A stretch of DNA of 64,000 nucleotides, from positions 1,888,001 through 1,952,000 of the forward strand of contig OZ244922.1 of NCBI GenBank assembly GCA_965221905.1. Reading direction: 5' to 3'. This document shows positions 31,202 to 42,203 of the stretch, piece by piece (within the stretch, counting starts at the first letter, position 1; every line of letters starts with the position of its first letter). The translations under genes were made by a program, and so were the position numbers. The notes below the pieces were generated by a model, which was not told the origin of the DNA, did no database searches, and saw only the letters and a list, made by a program, of their open reading frames with translations. Origin of the DNA: Chloroflexota bacterium. Its GTDB lineage: Bacteria; Chloroflexota; UBA11872; VXOZ01.

Positions 31202-31987
31202 ATGGCAAAGGCGATAACTGAGGTGACGGCCGCAGAGAAGGCTTTTTATGCAGAGAACGGCTATCTCCTGATCAAGGGTCTGGTTTCTGCGGAGGGCATC
31301 GCGGAACTAAAGGAGCGGCTGGAAGCATACATGTACGACCGTCTGCCCATACCTGAAGGCGTCAAGATTCAGGTAGAGCCTCGCGTCGAGCGTGGCGAAG
31401 TGCCCTGGCCGGCACGACGCGGCGACGCCTATCGCAAGATCGATCGACTCGTCGTTCACGACGATTGCTTTCGCGCGCTAGGCACTTTGCCGGAAGTCGT
31501 GACGCGCATGCAAGCTCTGATTGGCAGTGAGAACCTGAAGCTCTTTCGCGACTCGGTGCTGATGAAACCGGCGCAGGTTGGCTCAGCCAAAGGGATGCAC
31601 CAGGATTCTCCCTACTGGCCGATTGAGCCGATGGAATTGAGTTCATGCTGGATGCCCTTTGAGCCGGCTACCCCGGAGAACGGCTGCATTACAGCCATCC
31701 CCGGCAGCCACAAGCGCGGCCCCGTACCCCATGAGCGCGTGCCGGATGACTATGTCATCAATGAGGCGAACTATAACCCGACTGATGTGATCGCCGTGCC
31801 CATGGAGGCGGGCGACGGTCTCTTCTTCCATAGCCTCCTGCTCCACGGCACCGCGCCAAACCTGACGGTACAGTCGCGGCGGGCGATTACGATGAGCTAC
31901 ATGGCCGCGGAATTCCGGTACACAGGTGATCCGCCCATGCCGAATTACCTGCGTATCTGCGGGCAAAACGTACCAGGCGGGGTGTAG
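31202..31987 (+). CDS. Phytanoyl-CoA dioxygenase (PhyH) family Fe(II)/2OG dioxygenase
   Basis: ENGYL, HQD, ENGC..AIPGSH, AGDGLFFH..LLHG..PN...RRA. Confidence 0.9.
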   Translation: MAKAITEVTAAEKAFYAENGYLLIKGLVSAEGIAELKERLEAYMYDRLPIPEGVKIQVEPRVERGEVPWPARRGDAYRKIDRLVVHDDCFRALGTLPEVVTRMQALIGSENLKLFRDSVLMKPAQVGSAKGMHQDSPYWPIEPMELSSCWMPFEPATPENGCITAIPGSHKRGPVPHERVPDDYVINEANYNPTDVIAVPMEAGDGLFFHSLLLHGTAPNLTVQSRRAITMSYMAAEFRYTGDPPMPNYLRICGQNVPGGV

Positions 31988-32165
31988 GATGTCCTTGTCC
32001 GGGGCCCTTCCCCGTCTTGCGGTCTTAGTTTGGATAGACTCGTTCGAGGGCTGAGAGGAGGCACTGCTGGCGTCAGTTCGCTGACGAGAGAAGCTCGAGG
32101 GACTAGAAGGCAGTCGCTTTCCACTTGGCGCGTTCAGACTTGTGCGGGCAATGGGCTTTAAAGCG

Positions 32166-32211
32166 AAGCAACCAAGCCGGTCACTCTAGGTGGGCCGGCT
32201 TGGTTGCTTTT
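32166..32211. terminator. Terminator hairpin between convergent genes
   Basis: AAGCAACCAAGCCGG/CCGGCTTGGTTGCTT perfect 15-bp stem with T tail. Confidence 0.7.
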
Positions 32212-32244
32212 GTATCGACCTATCGGGACTGAGGTGGATCGCTC

Positions 32245-33642
32245 CTACTCGTTGTAGAACGCCTGAATGCCAGGTTCCTGGAGCACTATATCCCAGCGCG
32301 CAGCCACGTTATCGAGCGCGTCGCGGGCGTCGAGTTCGCCGGCGCCTGCCTTCGCCAGCTCTTCTAGTATGATCGGGCGCATCTTGTCCCAGCCCGGAAT
32401 CGGCTGTCGTCCGAGCCCAACATTCTGCAGATTGCGGAGCAAGCCGGACAAGAAGGCGTTTTCCTGCACGTAGGCGGCCTTGGATGCTACCGACACACGC
32501 GGCGGCAAATAGAACGTCAGCTCATCATAGGCAATGAGCACGTCGTCCTCATGCACCGTGAGCAGCAAGTCCCAAACCACATCCGGGTTGTCGGTAGCCG
32601 CGCCAATGCCCAGCCAGTCGTTGAACGAAAGGCTCACTGCACGCTTGTCGCCCATGGGCTCAGGCGCGACGAAGATCTCGTCGATATTTTCCGGAGCATC
32701 TGTTGAGACGCGGCGGCCAATGGCGGCGTTACCCCAAATCATGGAGACGTAGCCGCCGGCGTAACCAGCGCCGTAGCCCTTGAATTCTGGACCTACGTAC
32801 GATGAGCCGTGGGGATTGAATCCCAACTTGCGACGCAACTGGAATTCCAGTCCCGAGATCGCTTCAGGGCCGTTCACGAAACCGGATGCCTTGCCGTTGG
32901 TGACCCATTGCACGCCGTTCGACTCGACGATGCCGTTCAATTCGGCTTCTTCGGGATCACGGGCCAAGTTTCCGGGGTTAAAGCCGTACCGCTCAATCTC
33001 CTTGCCCAACACCTTCCACTTTGTCATTGTGGTGGCGAAGTCGGCTTGATCGTCCATGGTCCATGCGGTAGGCGGCGTCAAACCTGCCTCAGCCATGTGG
33101 TCATCGCGGATCCAGTAGGAGCGATTGGCGGCCATCATGGGCATGCCTTGCAATTGCCCTTTGACGCGGACTGTATCCAGGGTGCTGGGCAGGAAGTCGG
33201 GCTCCATGCCCCACTGCGCAAAATACGGGTTCAGCGGGATAGCCAGCCCTACCATATAGATGGAAGGCGCGATAGCCTGACCCATCTTGAAGAGATCGGG
33301 CATTACGCCGGCAGCCAATCCAACCGAAAGTTCCACAAAGGTATGGGCCTGACCGCCCGTACGCGGCTTAAAGACAACCTCACCGTTGGGATACTTTGCC
33401 TGGAAACGTTCGTTCAGGATGCCTTCCACCCAGGGTTGCCAGCGGCCGCCGTCCTGTACGCTCAGCTTCACTTCCTGGGTCTTCGGTCCCGCTTCCGCAG
33501 CCGGCTCCGCGGCCTTTGGCTGGTCGCCTTCCATCTCCGTGGACTGCGTTTGCGTCTGTCCGCACGCAGCCAGCAGCCCAAATGCGCCGGTAGCTGCGCT
33601 GGCGCCAAGAAGACCGCGGCGAGTAATGCGTGAATCTCTCAT
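32245..33642 (-). CDS. Carbohydrate ABC-type solute-binding lipoprotein, Tat signal
   Basis: TRRGLL, LAAC, AAGVMPDL, AEAGLTPP.AWT. Confidence 0.85.
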   Translation of the reverse strand: MRDSRITRRGLLGASAATGAFGLLAACGQTQTQSTEMEGDQPKAAEPAAEAGPKTQEVKLSVQDGGRWQPWVEGILNERFQAKYPNGEVVFKPRTGGQAHTFVELSVGLAAGVMPDLFKMGQAIAPSIYMVGLAIPLNPYFAQWGMEPDFLPSTLDTVRVKGQLQGMPMMAANRSYWIRDDHMAEAGLTPPTAWTMDDQADFATTMTKWKVLGKEIERYGFNPGNLARDPEEAELNGIVESNGVQWVTNGKASGFVNGPEAISGLEFQLRRKLGFNPHGSSYVGPEFKGYGAGYAGGYVSMIWGNAAIGRRVSTDAPENIDEIFVAPEPMGDKRAVSLSFNDWLGIGAATDNPDVVWDLLLTVHEDDVLIAYDELTFYLPPRVSVASKAAYVQENAFLSGLLRNLQNVGLGRQPIPGWDKMRPIILEELAKAGAGELDARDALDNVAARWDIVLQEPGIQAFYNE

Positions 33643-33986
33643 CGTGCGTCACTCCTTTAGAGGTGCTCTGAGCTATCTTCCCGATTACCTAGCTGCGATT
33701 GGCGCTGAAGTCGGCACAATCACTGCATTGGCTGCAATATACACAATCAAGAACTTGTGGTCAAGAGTGCTCAAAGTGAGGGCTACTTGGAATTCGACTG
33801 CCAGTGGGCAGCGCCTGTTCAGTGTTTTTTATAGCTCCGTGAATTGCCAGCGATGAGTGCGGGCAATCCGGTCAAGGGACTATTGGATACTAGCCTCCAC
33901 CATTCGCCTCGTTGTTTGCCTCGATGCATGTGCCCTGCTACACTCATGCCAGCATTGAGCAAACGCAGGATAAGGAGTGAGCGTGT

Positions 33987-35138
33987 ATGGCGGTCCACAC
34001 CTTTGTGGTACCTACGAGAGTGCTCAGCGGACCCGGTGCCGTAGCGGAGATTGGTCCAACGCTGTCGGCTGAAGGTCACAAGAGAATACTCATTGTCACA
34101 GACGAAGGCATCGTCAATGCCGGACTGCTCGCTCCGGTCACACGTTCATTGCAAGGCGCCAGTGTCGCAGCAACTGTCTTCGATCAGGTAAGAGCTGACC
34201 CGGAAGAAAGCATCGTTGAAGCGGTTGTCGCAGCCTATTACGCCGGCGATTGCGATGGACTGCTGGCAGTTGGCGGCGGCAGTTCGCTTGACGTAGCCAA
34301 GGCCGCAGGCGTACTCATTTCCAATGGCGGCTCTGTAGCTGACTACGATGGCTTCAATGCATTTGAAAACGACCTGCCGCCACTTTATGCGGTGCCAACA
34401 ACGGTGGGAACAGGGTCTGAGGTCACGTTCGCCGCAGTGATTACCCTACCTGATCGCCAATTCAAGATGTCCATAGTAAGCACGCGCCTAGCGCCGCGGG
34501 TGGCTTTCCTCGATCCCGAATTGCTGACCACGTTGCCGCCGCACGTGGTGGCTCACACCGGCATGGACGCGCTTACGCACGCGGTCGAGGGGGTCACTTC
34601 GCCCCTGGCTACGCCTTTCACCGATTCATTAAATCTCTACGCCATTCGACTCGTTAGCCGGCATCTACGCGCCGCCGTGGGTAACAGCGGCAACATGGAT
34701 GCAATCGGCAATATGCAGGCGGCAGCATGCATCGCCGGCATCGGCTTTTCACATTCTCGGCTTGGGATCGTTCACGCTATGGCCCATCCCGTGGGTGCGT
34801 ACCACCATCTTCCCCACGGTCTCAGCAATGCTCTGCTCCTTCCCCATGCACTCGCATTCAACCGCATCGCCTGTGAACCGCAGTTGGCGGCGGTTGCGCG
34901 TGAATTCGACGTGACACACGCCGGTCAGACCGAACGGGAGGCTGCGTTCGCCGCCATCGAAGCGATAAGAGCCTTGGAAGCCGACATTGGCATTCCTGCG
35001 TCAATGAGCGAGGCCGGCGTAACGGACGAGCACTTCGGCATTATCGTCCAGGATACATTCCGCAGCCGTAACATCGACATCAATCCCCGCCGGGTTACTC
35101 CTGAGAATATACGGCAGGTCCTCTACGATGCCCTCTAG
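33987..35138 (+). CDS. Iron-containing alcohol dehydrogenase
   Basis: GGGSSLDVAK, PTTVGTGSE, DALTHAVE, HAMAH, HGLSN. Confidence 0.92.
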   Translation: MAVHTFVVPTRVLSGPGAVAEIGPTLSAEGHKRILIVTDEGIVNAGLLAPVTRSLQGASVAATVFDQVRADPEESIVEAVVAAYYAGDCDGLLAVGGGSSLDVAKAAGVLISNGGSVADYDGFNAFENDLPPLYAVPTTVGTGSEVTFAAVITLPDRQFKMSIVSTRLAPRVAFLDPELLTTLPPHVVAHTGMDALTHAVEGVTSPLATPFTDSLNLYAIRLVSRHLRAAVGNSGNMDAIGNMQAAACIAGIGFSHSRLGIVHAMAHPVGAYHHLPHGLSNALLLPHALAFNRIACEPQLAAVAREFDVTHAGQTEREAAFAAIEAIRALEADIGIPASMSEAGVTDEHFGIIVQDTFRSRNIDINPRRVTPENIRQVLYDAL

Positions 35139-35249
35139 CAGCAGCCCCGCAGCTTAGAGGTGAGTGGACAGCTTGCAGAGGTGACGACCGGCGCTAGTCG
35201 GTGCCGGAAAAATAGCCCGCCGCGCGTAGCCCTTGGATACTTGCCAACG

Positions 35250-36038
35250 TCATTCCAGCCGCCACTTTAGCGTCTTGACCACGATTGCTAACGACCCCAA
35301 GCCAAAGACCGCCAGGATCGCTAAGTCTGTGAGAAGCGCAACAGTAATTTCCGGTAGCAGAGCGGCGCGGAAGGCTTGAGCGGCATAGGTTGGGGGCAGT
35401 ATCATCCCCGTATACTGTAGTATCGCCGGAAGACGATCGTTTGGGATCATCACCGGGGCGAAGAACATGATGAAGAACATGGTCGCCTGGGCCACCAAGC
35501 CCGCGACGCGCCAGTTCGGGATGCCGAGGCCAATTGCCGCACCCACGCCGGCCAATGAGATCGCGCTGAGTGGAACGACGGCAAGCATGAGCGGATTGAG
35601 CGCAAGCGAGAAGCCAAAGTACCAACTTCCCACCAGCAGCGTAATTATCATTCCCGGTACGGCGGCCATGCCGTTGCCGGAGACTACTGCCAGGATAAAG
35701 GCCGTCTTGCTGATCGGCAGTGAAGCGTAGTAGAGGATGGCGCCGTTCCGTCTTGACTGAGCCATGTCTTGGGCGACCATCATGATACCGAGGGTGACGA
35801 GGGACATTACGGCTGCGCCCGAAACAAAGTAACGGCCTAACTCCGGTTCTCGGGAACCGGAGATAAATGAGAATGCAAAGACCATACCAAGATTGAGCAG
35901 TACTGAAATTGATAGTATCATCGTCAGCCACTGCCGGAATTCCAATACAATTACGGCAGTCAGATGAATGTAGTTTTGCCAAAAGTGACTCAGGCTATTC
36001 CACGCCGTATGCAAGCGTGTACTGCTGGAACTTGTCAT
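35250..36038 (-). CDS. ABC-2 type exporter permease
   Basis: About six hydrophobic segments, FAPV..P..LP..LQ...LPPTY; follows an ABC ATPase. Confidence 0.85.
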   Translation of the reverse strand: MTSSSSTRLHTAWNSLSHFWQNYIHLTAVIVLEFRQWLTMILSISVLLNLGMVFAFSFISGSREPELGRYFVSGAAVMSLVTLGIMMVAQDMAQSRRNGAILYYASLPISKTAFILAVVSGNGMAAVPGMIITLLVGSWYFGFSLALNPLMLAVVPLSAISLAGVGAAIGLGIPNWRVAGLVAQATMFFIMFFAPVMIPNDRLPAILQYTGMILPPTYAAQAFRAALLPEITVALLTDLAILAVFGLGSLAIVVKTLKWRLE

Positions 36039-36053
36039 AAATTCACTTTCACA

Positions 36054-37085
36054 CTAGACTCGATTAGCGCCGACCCGGTCTGGGTTAGACGACTGTGTTG
36101 GTTCTTCACTTTCCGTATCCTTGAGGGAACGGCCAACGACTTCAACATACACATCCTCGAGGGAAGCCGTCGCCAAACGAAAGTCCTCTACCGCATCTGC
36201 ACCGATCTCAGCCAGGACTAGGTCTATGGTCTGCCCTACTCGTGCTTGCGGAACCCGCAATAGGACGTGTTGCGGTCGTGATTGATGCAGGGTGCCGAGC
36301 GTACTCAGTTTTGATTCCTGGGCTCTCGATAGCTCGGCGCCGTCCCGCAGCCAGAGTTCAAGACGGATTGTGTCGCCCAGGCGGCCCTTCATGGCGCCGG
36401 GCGTGCCTTCGGCGAGGACCCGTCCCTCATCAATAAGGGCAATTCTGTCCACTACTCTCTCGGCCTCGAGGACATTGTGCGTTACCAAGAGGCAGGCAGC
36501 GCCTTCATAGGTTACCGCCTGGCGGATGGCTTCCCAAACTGCTCGCCGTCGCAGCGGATCGAGATCATTCGTGGGTTCGTCGAGCACCAGAAGCGGCGGG
36601 CTGCCGAGTAGGGCCATGATGAAGCCCGTCATTCGTTGCATGCCGCCGGAGAGCTGGTTGATTGGTTTTCGCCTAATCTCATCGACCTCAAACTGCTCTA
36701 TGTACAGGTCGCGCTGGCGCAGTGTTTCCTTGTGCGGGAGGCCCTTGAGGCGGCCTGTGAAGTAGATGGCTTCTTCCGCCAGTAAGTCGCGCATTGCAAA
36801 CGATGTCTGCGGCAGGTAGCCAATCATGCGCTTGACGCGTTCGGGATCACGCTCCGCGTCTACACCAAATACCCAGACGCTACCCGAAGTGGGCCGGACG
36901 AGACCCATGACTTGCTGGACAAACGTGCTCTTACCTGCGCCATTAGGGCCTAAGAGGCCGTAGACCTGACCGCGACGCATGGCTACATTCAATTTGTCAT
37001 TGGCAAGCACACCATTGCGGTAGACTTTTGTTAGTTCCGTTGCCTCTACAGCAAGGCCAGGGGTTTTCAAGCGCAGGCTCCTCAA
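36054..37085 (-). CDS. ABC exporter ATP-binding protein
   Basis: GPNGAGKS, LSGG, LVLDEPT, VTH. Confidence 0.92.
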   Translation of the reverse strand: MRSLRLKTPGLAVEATELTKVYRNGVLANDKLNVAMRRGQVYGLLGPNGAGKSTFVQQVMGLVRPTSGSVWVFGVDAERDPERVKRMIGYLPQTSFAMRDLLAEEAIYFTGRLKGLPHKETLRQRDLYIEQFEVDEIRRKPINQLSGGMQRMTGFIMALLGSPPLLVLDEPTNDLDPLRRRAVWEAIRQAVTYEGAACLLVTHNVLEAERVVDRIALIDEGRVLAEGTPGAMKGRLGDTIRLELWLRDGAELSRAQESKLSTLGTLHQSRPQHVLLRVPQARVGQTIDLVLAEIGADAVEDFRLATASLEDVYVEVVGRSLKDTESEEPTQSSNPDRVGANRV

Positions 37086-37206
37086 TGTGATCGCAATCTA
37101 TCGCCACGTACCTTTAACCACTGTACCGCCTTGTGCCATGTCGCTCCAAGTCGAGGTGAATCAAGGCTATGCCGGCACTGCGTCGCACCGGGATAGTCGG
37201 GGCCGA

Positions 37207-37602
37207 TCACTTGACCGAAATCGGATGAGGCAGCGGTTGGTTGAAGAGATAGCCCTTTTCATTGAAGGGAATTGAATCCGGTTGGGTATTGCCTGCCGCG
37301 TCCGTGGCGCGGGTCATGAGGGTGTGCTCGCCTGCTCGAGCATCCCAGGCAAACTCAAAGCGTGCCCAAGAGTACTGGATCTGCGGTTCCAGCACCCTGG
37401 CTTCAATCCAGGTTGCGCCGGCATCGACGCTCCAGTCCACTCTTGTTATTGCGCCAAACGGAGAGTGAGCATAGCCGTGCAGGCGGTGTGGGCCGACGCT
37501 CAGTTCGGCAGGCCAGGGCAGCGCAAGCGCACTCTTGATCACCTGAGTAGTATTCACCTTGCCAGTTGTTTCACCCTCTGTCGGATATGCATCGCCAATG
37601 AA
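37207..37602 (-). pseudogene. C-terminal fragment of a sulfite oxidase-family molybdoenzyme
   Basis: IKSALALPW, VDWSVDAGATW, RATDAAGNTQP..IPFNEKGY (dimerisation domain); no Moco-binding domain upstream. Confidence 0.7.
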
Positions 37603-37698
37603 CCCTTGCAGGTATGGATATGCATTTTAAGGCCACAATTGCCGACAGAAAAAAGACCCCCAAACTTGGGGGTATAAGGCGCTTGTAAGGTGCCAGTA

Positions 37699-38163
37699 TC
37701 ATGGGTCCCGCGCCCACTTCGCCAGCGTCTTGTCCGGCGAGGCGAGTTCCTCGATCCCGGTGTAGTAGTAGTCTTGCCAACCCTCTTCGGGCAGCCCGGT
37801 GAACAGCATAAGATTTAGAGGATACATCCCGCTATCGGTCGCGGATCGCAAGTCATCTCGAAAGAGGAACGTGGGTTTACCCAGCGCAATGGCCATGCCT
37901 AGCTCGACCATCACCCCTTCATCGGGAGGAACGCCATTGATCACAGCGAAAATACCGTCGGCTGCCTCTACATCGCGAAAGTCGGCCTGGCCGATTTGGT
38001 ACGCCCAATCCGGTTGGGAGAAATCTACCTGATTGTTGCGTTCGAAAGGCTCCCATACTTCCAACCCAAGCTTCTCCAGCGCCGCAATTAATGGGGGGAG
38101 CAGCAATGCCTTTTGCTGGGCAGAGAAGCCGTAAGGATTGGCGAGGTAGACGGTCTTTGCCAA
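37699..38163 (-). CDS. Nucleoside 2-deoxyribosyltransferase-like protein
   Basis: VYLANPYGF, PDEGVMVELGMAIALGKP, PLNLM. Confidence 0.85.
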   Translation of the reverse strand: MAKTVYLANPYGFSAQQKALLLPPLIAALEKLGLEVWEPFERNNQVDFSQPDWAYQIGQADFRDVEAADGIFAVINGVPPDEGVMVELGMAIALGKPTFLFRDDLRSATDSGMYPLNLMLFTGLPEEGWQDYYYTGIEELASPDKTLAKWARDP

Positions 38164-38205
38164 TTCGTGCCTCCTAGGCCGAGGATAGTGTGTCCTCTTA
38201 GAGGC

Positions 38206-38628
38206 CTAGTTCGATGAATCGCGCAAGAGCTGGAACCCGGTGGAAATCAACAGAAGCGGAAGGGTAACGTCAATCACAACCCAGAGTTGGGTGTCACTGG
38301 TAGGAGGTTCGGCCCACTGAACGCCAAACCAATTCCACAACAGCGCCAGGAAGAGCGCGGCCGCAAAGTAGAAAACAAAGTTAGCTTCTAGGTACTCCCG
38401 GGTGACTGACTTATCGCCTGCGTCGGCATCCACGCGGCGCTTGCGGGTAAAGGCGACGATCAGGACGATTGCCAACCCGATGACTTGGAGGGGATCTAGG
38501 ATCTTCCACACTGGAAGGGATGCGTCCACCCATCCCGAATCGTAAAACCGCGTAGCGAGAAAATGCAGGGCGATTGCCGCCCCCAATACGAACGCGTATA
38601 GTGCCGCCAGGCGCTCGAGCGCTGCCAT
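38206..38628 (-). CDS. Hypothetical 4-TM membrane protein
   Basis: 140 aa with four hydrophobic segments; GGAAGG RBS. Confidence 0.65.
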   Translation of the reverse strand: MAALERLAALYAFVLGAAIALHFLATRFYDSGWVDASLPVWKILDPLQVIGLAIVLIVAFTRKRRVDADAGDKSVTREYLEANFVFYFAAALFLALLWNWFGVQWAEPPTSDTQLWVVIDVTLPLLLISTGFQLLRDSSN

Positions 38629-38690
38629 GCTGAACCTTCCCTACAGCACAGAAACACAAACGAGCCGAAGGTGTGAAGAACGAACTGAAT

Positions 38691-38765
38691 TGGTAGCGGG
38701 GGAGGGATTCGAACCCTCGACCTTCAGGTTATGAGCCTGACGAGCTGCCACTGCTCCACCCCGCG
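38691..38765 (-). tRNA. Initiator tRNA-fMet(CAT)
   Basis: CGCGGGG...CCCGCTACCA with C1:A72 mismatch; anticodon loop CTCATAA; anticodon stem TCAGG/CCTGA (A29-U41 variant). Confidence 0.95.
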
Positions 38766-38805
38766 TCGCATACGCATTGTAAATGCGTCCGCATCTCAGA
38801 TGCGT

Positions 38806-39130
38806 GTTGAGTAGACCGATAAGCCCCATTCTGTCGCGGACAGCCATCTATCTTGGGCTGCAGGTTACGCTGCGCCTCTTTGCGGCCTACCTGGGACTAA
38901 GCGAGCAACCTCACCGTCCCGCGCTTGGCCTTGCTCCGGGTAGAGGTTACCCTTTTCACTCCGGTCGACACCGCTTGTCGCCGCGCCGGCCGGCATTGGT
39001 CTCTGTGGCCCTATTCCTCGCCTCGCGGCGGACGGGTGTTACCCGCTACCCTGCTCTATGGAGTGGGGACTTTCCTCACGGTGACCATACTAAGTATATG
39101 ATCGATGCGCGGCTGTCTAGTCTACTCAGC
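38806..39130 (-). ncRNA. rnpB: RNase P RNA
   Basis: GAGGAAAGTCCCCAC and ACAGAATGGGGCTTA (P4), terminal P1 GAGTAGAC/GTCTACTC; TTGTGT-17-TATAGT promoter just upstream. Confidence 0.95.
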
Positions 39131-39290
39131 ATTTGTCACTATAGCACGGCGTACCGCGGCACACAACCGAAGTACGTGGATAGGGTGGAGAGGAAAGGTG
39201 GGAACGAAGATAGGAGCGGGCAATGGACAGCTACTTGGATGGGGAAGAGATGATCACACTTGCGGGGTCTGTATGCTTGCTTGTTGGAGA

Positions 39291-39495
39291 CCCCCGTATC
39301 CGGGGTACGGGGCATGCGCGGACTTGCAGCCCGATGCATAGCTCTGTCTTTCCGGCGAAAGCCGGAAACCAGGGGGAGGCGGAAAGTGTTTGGAAACTTG
39401 GAGTGAGGCCCTTTTCATCCTCATCCCCATCTTCCCCCTTGACGGGGGAAGGGGCATCGCAAAGGTTTCCGTAGGGAGATGGCTGGGGGGATAGA
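39291..39495. repeat. Mixed REP-like cluster between the 16S trailer and rnpB
   Basis: CCCCGTATCCGGGGTACGGGG, GTCTTTCCGGCGAAAGCCGGAAACC and CTTCCCCCTTGACGGGGGAAG hairpins; the first two relate to the 17.8 kb cluster. Confidence 0.6.
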
Positions 39496-39656
39496 AAAGA
39501 AGAACCCCTCATGTGGAGAGGGGTAGATTGGTTAGGAGAGTGTCTGGAATGGTGAAAGGTGGCTGGGTTAGCAGGTGGAGGGTGATGAAGGGGGTGTAAG
39601 TTGGAGAGGTTGGGAAAGCATTTAGATGGGACAGGAGGTCATGGGTAGTAAACCCT

Positions 39657-41189
<1,533 letters not shown>

Positions 41190-41267
41190 AAAAGGGATAA
41201 CAGAATAACTGAAACCGCCTCATCCCGGAAAAGCTAGGCCCTCGCTCTCCTACGATAAACACCTTTA

Positions 41268-41352
41268 CCTTCATCACTCTTCACCTGTTAAAGAACCACC
41301 TGCTAATAAACAGGCAAAAATCATCTTACCACCCCTGCTGCTTAACCGTCAA
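41268..41352 (-). promoter_or_regulatory. rRNA promoter, boxA-like element and leader strand of the processing stem
   Basis: TTGACG-18-TAAGAT (41352-41323); GGTTCTTTAACA boxA-like; 41268-41291 complementary (21/24) to trailer 39568-39591. Confidence 0.75.
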
Positions 41353-41376
41353 CTGCGTTTGGCATATTATCCTCGA

Positions 41377-42203
41377 GTGATTTCCCAGCTTTCGAGAGCC
41401 GTTGTGTCGGCCGGGTATTGTGCACAGCGTTGGCCGATAGCAGGAGGCTCTGAAGCCGACAGTGGAGCGTTATCGGCACACGAGCGTGCAGTAGCCAAAC
41501 CAAGCAAACGCTGCCTCTGCCGGGCGCAAGAGACTCACGACTTCCTGGGGTGCAGCCTGTTGCCTACACTATCCGGCTGCTGGTCGGTGAGATTCTGGAC
41601 CGGCAAATCACGCCGCTCTGGCAAGTGCCGGCGGATGCGCGTGGCAGACCGACGGTAGTGAGGAATCACGACTGTGGATTACCAAGACGCACGCTGGCCG
41701 CGAGCGCGGCATGTCAAGGAAAGCACGTCCCTATCCAAGGGATACCGGCGAGCATCGCCCCGTGCTGAAGCGGGGCGCCTTGAGGTGCCTGCAGACGATT
41801 AGTGTAATCGTAGCTAACGAGCGCCCCTCCCACTTGACAACGTGCGGTGAAGAGATACAATGTCTTTGTCAGGAGGAAGTCGTACATTGCGTCCGGTTTT
41901 CGTCAATATGGAGGATTTCGGCTTTATGTCTGTACGCCGGGGAACGCCCCAGGCTTTTTCTCCCGCGGGAGCCGGACGACTGGTTCTAGGAAGACTTGCT
42001 TTGGCCAATGCCGGCAGGGAAGACGTAAATGTGGTATATCGATGCGACCGTCGAACCGCAAGAGACTACGTGGCGAAACCACAGCGTGATGGCGACCAGC
42101 GCGAAGACGCAGCGTTAGAAGAAAGGAGGTGAACCTGCAAGGTAACGGTCGTCTGTGCGCAGATACAGCAAGTCTCTTGCGAAACACAAGCTAGGCTTGT
42201 TTG
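41377..42203 (+). ncRNA. Candidate large structured non-coding RNA (unassigned)
   Basis: No credible ORF; more than ten local hairpins plus nested long-range helices 41525-35/42171-81 and 41537-46/41874-83; promoter-like elements at 41342-70 and 41834-61; terminal hairpin 42186-42200. Strand and ends inferred. Confidence 0.45.
41834..41861 (+). promoter_or_regulatory. Near-consensus sigma70 promoter
   Basis: TTGACA-16 bp-TACAAT. Confidence 0.65.

Noticed and set aside
38691-38765. fMet anticodon stem lacking the first of the three G-C pairs
   Set aside because: A29-U41 is a known natural variant of initiator tRNAs.
41756-41890. Resemblance to large SRP RNA (CCGTGCTGAAGCGGGG; TGTCAGG..GGAAG)
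   Set aside because: The helix-8 tetraloop stem and AGCAG motif are missing; probably chance.
42127-42138. AGGTGAACCTGC identical to a eukaryotic 18S 3' segment
   Set aside because: Only 12 nt and largely explained by the SD-like sequence.
41868-42203. tmRNA, 6S RNA or group I intron identity
   Set aside because: No tRNA-like ends, T-loop or tag ORF; multibranched rather than a 6S rod; GAGACTA is present but with no matching P7 partner or host gene.
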